DNA of 12,610 bases from Promethearchaeota archaeon (lineage in GTDB: Archaea; Asgardarchaeota; Lokiarchaeia; Sigyniarchaeales; SOKP01). Both the position numbers and the translations under genes were made by a program. The stretch covers positions 1-12,610 of the forward strand of contig JABCSY010000111.1 of NCBI GenBank assembly GCA_018238625.1, written 5' to 3'. The first letter of the stretch is position 1. Each line of letters starts with the position of its first letter. The notes beneath the pieces are model-generated. The model ran no database searches. It was not told the origin of the DNA and worked only from the letters and a program-made list of their open reading frames with translations. Positions 1-5,982 of the stretch are shown here, in pieces.

Positions 1-139
1 TTGGGTCATTGGAATTTATTTGTATTTTGTTATTTGTTGCTTGTAATTTATTTCGTTACAAATTTTTATACAGTATTTACTACAAAGTTTTTAATATTTT
101 TCACAAGCTGAATATTTACAAATATTTTATATCAACAAT

Positions 140-592
140 CTATCTATTAACCGGTGTTGCTTTAGCATCAATTGTTTTTTCCGGTAATGCTTCCTTAGGT
201 TTTGCAACTACCTTACCTTTAATTCTTAAAACAACCGATTTGTTCTTTGCATTTGAATAAATTGTTACGGATTTATTAATTATTCCTACTCTTCTTGTAT
301 TATAAGTAATTTTTATAACATCATCATTTCCGGGTAGAATTGGTTGTTTGGGCCAGGTTGGAACTGTACAACCGCATGATGATCGTGGTTTTGATAAAAT
401 TAAAGGTTCTTTACCTGTGTTTGAAAATTTTAACTCACAGGTTCCATTACTTCCCTGATGAATAGTTCCATAATCGTGAACTACTTTCTCAAAAGTAATT
501 TCAGGGGCATTTGGATTTTTTGCTTCAGGGTTTTGAGCATTAACGGCAAAGAATGTAAATAACAAAACACAAATTGATAAACTATCAGCCAT
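140..592 (-). CDS. DUF1573 domain-containing secreted protein (Bacteroidota-type); native 5' end probably missing
   Basis: Translation has the DUF1573 pattern 'FEKVVHDYGTI...FSNTGKEPLILSKPRSSCGCTVPTWPKQPILPG...IKITYNT...NKSVTIYSNA'. A hydrophobic signal-peptide core ends in AVNA/Q. The available starts (ATG 610 or 592) give an acidic N-terminus with no basic n-region. Confidence 0.85.
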   Translation of the reverse strand: MADSLSICVLLFTFFAVNAQNPEAKNPNAPEITFEKVVHDYGTIHQGSNGTCELKFSNTGKEPLILSKPRSSCGCTVPTWPKQPILPGNDDVIKITYNTRRVGIINKSVTIYSNAKNKSVVLRIKGKVVAKPKEALPEKTIDAKATPVNR

Positions 593-632
593 AACGGAGA
601 AACTGTCCATTTTAATTCATATTTTTTCAGAG

Positions 633-857
633 GTGAATATTCATGATCATCCAAGATTCCTTAAATTCGTTGTTGTGCTAGCAAAAAACATTTGTTTAGT
701 GAAAAAATGCCTATATGCAAAATTCCGCGAATTTTATAAAGAACTTGAAATAAACTATCATGGTTTAGAAGGAGAGCTGGATAACCTATTAGAACCAACG
801 CCAAGAGATAAGATTAAAAAATCAATAAAACAACTCGAGGAGCGATTAACCACATGA
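633..857 (+). CDS. small hypothetical protein, translationally coupled to the downstream gene; start uncertain
   Basis: The TGA stop overlaps the next ATG (ATGA at 854-857). The C-terminal half is helical and protein-like. The called GTG lies inside a GAGGTGA Shine-Dalgarno-like motif that points instead to an out-of-frame ATG at 643. Confidence 0.55.
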   Translation: MNIHDHPRFLKFVVVLAKNICLVKKCLYAKFREFYKELEINYHGLEGELDNLLEPTPRDKIKKSIKQLEERLTT

Positions 858-3463
858 AAGCATACACCAACGTGTCACGAAAAACCGTGGGAGAAGACCG
901 CATAGCAATCTGCCCAAACTTCGGGTGTGAGTTTATGACAAGAGTTAAACCTCTTAAATTGAGATTTTTTGGTTTTGGGAAGTATCCTAAATGCAAAAAA
1001 CATCACATTCCTTTAGTTTATGTCGATCAAAGGATCGGTGATTTCGTGGATGCTGCATTATCATGCTTGTTTGATAAAGCTGGACTACCTCCCCGTGAAT
1101 TAATTGAAAGCGTGAAATCAAGATTCCTTGATGAAATGACCTCATTTGTAGAAGGATGGGTATATTGCATAACAGTTGGAAGGGGAGTACCCATAGTTTC
1201 ACGTTATATGGATACAATTTCTAATGCTTATCTCAAGCAATTAACCAAGAAACAAATTAAAGCAATAAAAAAAGGAGATAATTCTAAATCAAATCTCGTG
1301 AATAAAGCAATTAAGGATGGAATGGATGAAATAACTATCCAATATACAAGAATTCTCAAGCATCTGAGAGCTCATTCCGAAATCCTTTCTAAACCTGAAA
1401 ATCTTAAACCACTTTCAAAACATCTTCAAAAATATTTGAATGAATGGCAAAAGAACATGTTGAAGAGTAACGAGTTATTAATTATGTCAGAAAACAATCG
1501 TGAAATGGGGTTAAAAGAGATGAAGCATAGTTATGATCAAATCCTAAACATTGGTACGTGTCGCTGTCTTCTCGGATTAAATCCTGAAACTAAAGGAAAT
1601 AAGAAAGCAAAGGTATCTGCCTTCGACAGGTTTTCCGCATATCATGAATTCTTTAAGGAAGATTTAACTTCAAAATTTACTAAATCTGATGTTTTTAACT
1701 TACTGAGAATGAATAACAATTATCAGAAAGACATGGACGAAAAATCTGAAAACTTTGAAACACTTAAAATTAATGAAGAATACAGGGAATCTTTCAATAA
1801 TGAATTAAAAAATGAGTTCGTAAATTCCATGAAACAAAGAGAAGGGCAACCAAGAGAAATTAAAAAAATCGATATGATAGCTCTAGAACATTATAAAGAA
1901 TTTATTGAGATTCATTTTTCAAATGCAAAGAATACCAAATTCATATCAAAGGGTTTTCTTGAGAATCTAGTAAAACAAATTAAATCATGTCAAGGAGTTC
2001 TGCCAGATAATAGAATTGCCGAGATGCTTTATGGTACATCTAATGGTTCTGAAGTTTTAGCTTTTGCTACTTTAAAGTCTAATAAATATAAAAGACCTAA
2101 CTCTTTAATAGATGAAAATATTTTAGATAATTGGTTTTTTAATCTAAAACAAGAGTTTTCAAGTAATTATATTGTTTTTTTTAATTTAATACTCGATTAC
2201 AAATTAATGCGTGCTGAAAAACGTGTTTTTAGCTTAGTGAAGAAATGGAATTCCTATTGTAGTAAAATCAATTCTTTAGGACTTAATATGGAGACGAATG
2301 TATTTGATTATTTAGAATCTGTGCTAACAGGGACTCTTATAGAAAACTTATCATTTGAACTTTCTTGTAAGTGTTCCAACCATGAAAAATTTAGTGTAGT
2401 TTACAAACATTTATATCGCGCTGTATGCCCTCTATGTTCAAGAATTAAAAAGTCCCATTCATATCAGGATTTTGTTAGAGAAGCGGAGTTGAGGAATGCA
2501 AGATTTAAATTTACTGAAACTGAATTTATAGCTCGAATAAATCAGGAGTTAAAAAAATCTCGTGATAAACAGCAAAAAGTCTCTGAAATATTATTCCCAT
2601 TTATTTGTAACAGACACGGGGAATTTTATATTAGTATGGAGCGCATTAAAGATTATGATAACTGGTGTGCTGAATGTTATCACGATAGTCATAGATTAAC
2701 GAGTGAACAAATTATCGCTCGAGGTGATAAATATAATTTTAATCTGGAAACCCCGTTGAGTTATATTGAGAAATTAAAACAGCCATCCAGAGAAGTTTAT
2801 CTATGGTCTTGTAAATATCATCCAAGTTTTAGATTTAAATCTAAACCTGATGAGTTTAATTTAGATCTAAAATCTTGTGAAATATGTTCGGGAGGAAAAA
2901 TAACAAACGAACGGATAATGCGCTATTTACTTTCAAGATTATTTCATAAAAATTTTGGTGAAAAACCAACATCATTATATGAAATTCTTCCTTTTGATAA
3001 GGTTGATAATTTAGTGCCTAGCGATTATAAAACATTAAGGAGTTATAAGCGAATGCATTTTGACGCTTTTGCTTATATTAGTATAAAGATAGGAGTGCTA
3101 AGTGTCGCAGGGGAATATTGGGATCGTGAACATTCATCTTTAGAAGAATATGTTGATAGATTCAAGCATAGAACTCCTCGAAATGGATCTCTCGTCAATG
3201 ATTATCAGCATTTAAAATCTAGTGATAATTTTAAACAAAACCTAAAAAACAATGGATTTATCGATATTTATATCATAGTTGATCATACAATACGACGTGA
3301 TAACTATCTAAAATTCATAATTTCCGAGTTTGAGCAACAAGTAAGGAAATTATTTAAAATAAATAATTATCGTCTTAGAAATATTCCCCATTGTAATTGG
3401 AGAGATCTTAAACAAATCGACAAGCTAAGACAAACTTATGGTGATATAATAAGATTTCTGTAA
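854..3463 (+). CDS. large multidomain protein: N-terminal Cys/His domain, three CxxH...CxxC zinc-ribbon repeats, C-terminal Vsr/EDxHD-like (PD-(D/E)xK superfamily) endonuclease domain
   Basis: 869-aa ORF. N-terminal CPNFGC...CKKH. Repeats CSNH..CPLC (2372-2437), CNRH..CAEC (2606-2677) and CKYH..CEIC (2810-2887). These are followed by NER...MHFDAF...AGEYWDREH...DNFK, matching the E/D/ExxxxH/D order of Vsr-like nucleases. The CDS is clear; the function is inferred from motifs. Confidence 0.7.
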   Translation: MKAYTNVSRKTVGEDRIAICPNFGCEFMTRVKPLKLRFFGFGKYPKCKKHHIPLVYVDQRIGDFVDAALSCLFDKAGLPPRELIESVKSRFLDEMTSFVEGWVYCITVGRGVPIVSRYMDTISNAYLKQLTKKQIKAIKKGDNSKSNLVNKAIKDGMDEITIQYTRILKHLRAHSEILSKPENLKPLSKHLQKYLNEWQKNMLKSNELLIMSENNREMGLKEMKHSYDQILNIGTCRCLLGLNPETKGNKKAKVSAFDRFSAYHEFFKEDLTSKFTKSDVFNLLRMNNNYQKDMDEKSENFETLKINEEYRESFNNELKNEFVNSMKQREGQPREIKKIDMIALEHYKEFIEIHFSNAKNTKFISKGFLENLVKQIKSCQGVLPDNRIAEMLYGTSNGSEVLAFATLKSNKYKRPNSLIDENILDNWFFNLKQEFSSNYIVFFNLILDYKLMRAEKRVFSLVKKWNSYCSKINSLGLNMETNVFDYLESVLTGTLIENLSFELSCKCSNHEKFSVVYKHLYRAVCPLCSRIKKSHSYQDFVREAELRNARFKFTETEFIARINQELKKSRDKQQKVSEILFPFICNRHGEFYISMERIKDYDNWCAECYHDSHRLTSEQIIARGDKYNFNLETPLSYIEKLKQPSREVYLWSCKYHPSFRFKSKPDEFNLDLKSCEICSGGKITNERIMRYLLSRLFHKNFGEKPTSLYEILPFDKVDNLVPSDYKTLRSYKRMHFDAFAYISIKIGVLSVAGEYWDREHSSLEEYVDRFKHRTPRNGSLVNDYQHLKSSDNFKQNLKNNGFIDIYIIVDHTIRRDNYLKFIISEFEQQVRKLFKINNYRLRNIPHCNWRDLKQIDKLRQTYGDIIRFL

Positions 3464-3468
3464 TAATC

Positions 3469-3476
3469 CTTTTTTC
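3469..3476 (+). terminator. oligo-T archaeal-type terminator candidate for the 869-aa gene
   Basis: T-tract starts a few bases after the stop codon at 3463. Confidence 0.35.
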
Positions 3477-3527
3477 TATTCTTTTACCGATTTAAGCTTG
3501 ATTAATAATAGATTCTTGTAATTTTAT

Positions 3528-3538
3528 AAAAAAAAAAA
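3528..3538 (-). terminator. oligo-T terminator candidate for acr3
   Basis: A11 on the + strand (T11 on the - strand), about 18 nt downstream of the stop of the predicted second exon (3556-3558). Confidence 0.45.
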
Positions 3539-3555
3539 TTTAAAATTTGGATTCT

Positions 3556-4645
3556 TTAATCTGTCCTATCTCCTGAATTCTCCCAAAAACCTCTTTTCTT
3601 TAGAAATCTTCCGAAGTAGACTATTGACAGCATTACTGGAACTTCCCAGAATGACCCTTTCATAGGAAAACTAAGAATCGTATAGTCCCATGGTAGTCCC
3701 TAATGCAGCAATAGAGCCAATTCCATACATAGCTATCGCAGTAGCAATCGCAATTTCAAAATGACTTGAAGACCCTATTATTACTGTAATTACTGCTTCC
3801 TCATATTTCAACTTAAAGAGTTTTGTAATTATTATATTATAACCAACAACAATTACAAATCCCACTAAAAGAGGTATAGAAACTAATAACAATAGATCGG
3901 GATTATTTATCAAGACCGTTCCATTTAGCGAAAAAAGAACAATTAGAGTCGTTAGTAGTGCTACGATCGAGATTTTTCCTACAATTGGCCTATAAACATC
4001 GTTAAACCAAGCATCTCCCTTAATTGAGATAATAATTTTTTTACTTACTATACCCAATAATAACGGTACTCCTATAAATAACACCAAAGAAATCAGCAAA
4101 AGCAAGATATCTATTGGAATATTTTTAATGCCGGTTAATAATGCGACTAAAGGGACGTAACCGAATATGATAGTTATTGTATTTAAACTGGTATTAATTA
4201 CATTTTGTTCTTGATTCCCTCTTCCCATATAACCCCAGATTAGGACCATAGCAGTACATGGGCTTGAACTTAGAAGGATAATTGCAACTATAAGCTGTTC
4301 ATATCCAGGCAAAAAAATGTTTGCCATTGCTAACCCTACGAAAGGAGCAACGACCCAATTAGATATAAGGGTCAATACAATTGGTTTTGGATTTTTACCT
4401 AATTTTTTCAACTCAGAAAATTGAAGATTCAACATAGCGGGATACATCATTAGGAATAAACATATTCCAATGGGAATAGAAATTCCTCCTATTTGTAAAG
4501 AATTAATAGCTTCGCTAATTTCAGGGATGAGCTGAGAAAGAATAATTCCCACAATTATACATAATGCAACCCATAACGGAAGAAATTTTTCAAAATAACT
4601 AATTTTTTTTGATTCTTCTTCTTCTTTTGGTTCTTCTGATTTCAT
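3556..4645 (-). CDS. acr3: Acr3-family arsenite efflux permease, split gene: exon 1 4645-3682, exon 2 3650-3556; 352 aa after removing the 31-nt insertion
   Basis: Acr3 motifs: FEKFLPLWV, GICLFLMMYP, SNWVVAP, SPCTAMV (catalytic Cys) and GSSSHFEIAIA. The ORF track stops at ...GTTMGLYDS*. The missing last helix FWEVPVMLSIVYFGRFLKKRGFWENSGDRTD* is encoded immediately downstream in another frame. Exon lengths 964 + 95 = 1059 nt = 353 codons. Confidence 0.93.
3651..3681 (-). other. predicted 31-nt bulge-helix-bulge (BHB) intron in acr3 pre-mRNA
   Basis: Intron sequence ACGAUUCUUAGUUUUCCUAUGAAAGGGUCAU. Central 4-bp helix GACU (3687-3684) / GGUC (3656-3653). 3-nt bulges AU|A (3683-3681) and AU|U (3652-3650). 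Flanked by an exon-exon helix and an intron hairpin. Cleavage after the second base of each bulge gives GGA CUA U|UC UGG GAA = G-L-F-W-E. Confidence 0.8.
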
Positions 4646-4745
4646 TTCTAATTCATTCTTTTAAGATTGAATAATTATTATTTGATAAAAGTCATACTTC
4701 AAATTTAAGGTTGTCGATTTGAGTGTAAAGAAAACTTAAAATGTT

Positions 4746-4780
4746 ATAGATTTATATTTATCGATTTACTTTTATATACA
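4746..4780. promoter_or_regulatory. divergent acr3/arsR promoter region with imperfect palindrome (possible ArsR operator) and TATA-like element
   Basis: ATAGATTTATATTTATCGAT (4746-4765) is self-complementary at 14 of 20 positions, and TTTATATA lies at 4771-4778. Both are weak signals given the AT-rich background. Confidence 0.3.
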
Positions 4781-4823
4781 AGATAAAAGTATTTTGTAAA
4801 AAATATAAAAAGGAATTAAGTTT

Positions 4824-5216
4824 ATGAAAGAAAAACGCGAATCAGAAATTAAGATAATGCTATGTGCTTGTAAAGAATGCTCTAACTCAAATGGTTTCTT
4901 TAATAATTTACTAAAATTGGGGAAAGGATTAGAAGAAAATAAAACATTTGATGCAATTGAGAAATTCACATTAGCTTTAGCGTCCAAAGAAAGGTTGATC
5001 ATTATTAATGCTTTAAAAGAACAAGATAGATGTGTATGCGAATTAGAAACTATATTAGATAAGTCTCAATCGACAATATCCCATCATTTAAGAAAGCTTG
5101 TGGTAGCAGGATTAATACAAGGATATAAAAAACAAAAATTTACGTATTATCATCTATTTAAGGAAGAACTTGTTAAAAATTTAGATATTTTAAACCAGAC
5201 ACTACATGTTATTTAA
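4824..5216 (+). CDS. arsR: ArsR/SmtB-family metalloregulatory transcriptional repressor
   Basis: ALASKERLIIINAL...RCVCELETILDKSQSTISHHLRKLVVAGLI...FTYY is the ArsR winged-HTH with the CVCEL metal(loid)-binding box. There is an extra N-terminal CACKEC. The gene is divergent from acr3. Confidence 0.92.
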   Translation: MKEKRESEIKIMLCACKECSNSNGFFNNLLKLGKGLEENKTFDAIEKFTLALASKERLIIINALKEQDRCVCELETILDKSQSTISHHLRKLVVAGLIQGYKKQKFTYYHLFKEELVKNLDILNQTLHVI

Positions 5217-5290
5217 TTTAACATCCTATGTTTTGCATAATGAAAGCCTAAGGTTATGCTAACTCTTAATAAGTTATAAATTCGGATATT

Positions 5291-5467
5291 TTAATGTATT
5301 AAATTATTGGAATTTTTTGAAAGTGGGTACAATATTGGTATCTCGGAAGCTGTAAGAAAATCGAATATATTGTGCATGTTATAAAATAAGAATCCGATTA
5401 ACCATGCTAGAACGAACTGTTCTCCTGTAATTATTGAAAATGGCCCTAAGTCTAGAATAACTTTTTT
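5291..5467 (-). pseudogene. 3' remnant of a membrane-bound metal-dependent hydrolase (YdjM/DUF457-like)
   Basis: 58-codon open frame with no 5' start: KKVILDLGPFSIITGEQFVLAWLIGFLFYNMHNIFDFLTASEIPILYPLSKNSNNLIH*. It matches the family's C-terminal G...HxxxDxxT...PxxxPxS pattern. Confidence 0.45.
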
Positions 5468-5474
5468 TTAATTT

Positions 5475-5615
5475 TTAAGTCCATCTCGACGCAGTACTTT
5501 TAATAACGTCCCAAACTGCTTGGTCTTCAATTTCATAAGGTTTTTTATTTTCGGTTGGTTCAAGTAGTTTTTTAATGACAGATTTGATTTTTTTATATCT
5601 ATCTTTTATATTCAT
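5475..5615 (-). CDS. small hypothetical protein (46 aa), below the ORF-track size cut-off
   Basis: MNIKDRYKKIKSVIKKLLEPTENKKPYEIEDQAVWDVIKSTASRWT*. ATG start, purine-rich coding-like composition in an otherwise stop-rich region, and AT-rich promoter-like DNA upstream. Confidence 0.5.
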   Translation of the reverse strand: MNIKDRYKKIKSVIKKLLEPTENKKPYEIEDQAVWDVIKSTASRWT

Positions 5616-5645
5616 TTTTTATACTCATTTTTTTTATATTAATAA

Positions 5646-5671
5646 ATATATAATAATATATTATTATATAT
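5646..5671. promoter_or_regulatory. perfect 26-bp palindrome (candidate operator or cruciform)
   Basis: ATATATAATAATATATTATTATATAT equals its own reverse complement at all 13 pairs. It lies 30 bp upstream of the 46-aa ORF. Confidence 0.45.
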
Positions 5672-5982
5672 AGACCTCACTAGGTAATAAGAAATATGGT
5701 TCTATAAAATTAACTACAATAATTCGGAATATATAACAGAATTGAATTTAATTATTTCTATTATTTTATTATTATTCTTTTATTTATTATCAATATTATT
5801 GTAAATTCCTTTACCCTATTTGATTTAAATAAATTTCCGTAGTGAATTTAATAACTAAGAAGTTTGTGTTTTAAAATCGTGTATTTTAATGCATCTATTT
5901 TTGTCGGGAGATGAGCTATCGCTAAATATATATGTGATAATTGTCATGAAAATAATGTTCAAAAAAATTAATTAACAAGTAG

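Noticed and set aside
1-60. Degenerate short repeats (minus strand AAATTAC-AAGCAAC-AAATAAC-AAAATAC-AAATAAA)
   Set aside because: They resemble low-complexity bacterial intergenic heptamer-like repeats, but are too short and cut by the window edge. Not a CRISPR array.
9-260. ORF-track entries 9..260, 814..996, 987..1217, 4772..5002, 6585..7007, 7757..8056, 8231..8425, 9542..9829 and 12243..12548
   Set aside because: These are antisense shadows of well-supported genes, with F/L/S/I-rich composition typical of the reverse strand of A-rich coding DNA.
3671-3673. UAG read-through (pyrrolysine) in acr3
   Set aside because: The missing C-terminal helix lies in a different frame, so read-through would not restore it.
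3651-3683. 31-nt acr3 insertion as a transposon footprint, sequencing error or simple pseudogenisation (it is flanked by a 2-bp AT repeat)
   Set aside because: There are no terminal inverted repeats and it is not a local duplication. It is too long for a typical indel error, both exons are intact, and the AT repeat is explained by the two BHB bulges. Not fully excluded without RNA data.
3654-3687. Alternative 28-nt intron using helix CAUG/UAUG with bulges GGA and AAA
   Set aside because: It restores the frame but adds a residue (MGGSFWE) relative to Acr3 motif spacing and has no closing inner base pair. The 31-nt model fits better.
5553-5567. Shared pentapeptide LLEPT in the 46-aa ORF and the 633-857 ORF
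   Set aside because: Only five residues match and the flanks do not align convincingly, so this is likely chance.
5616-5982. AT-rich intergenic region as a replication origin or ncRNA
   Set aside because: No repeated ORB-like boxes, no adjacent cdc6/orc1 gene and no GC-rich structured segment were seen.
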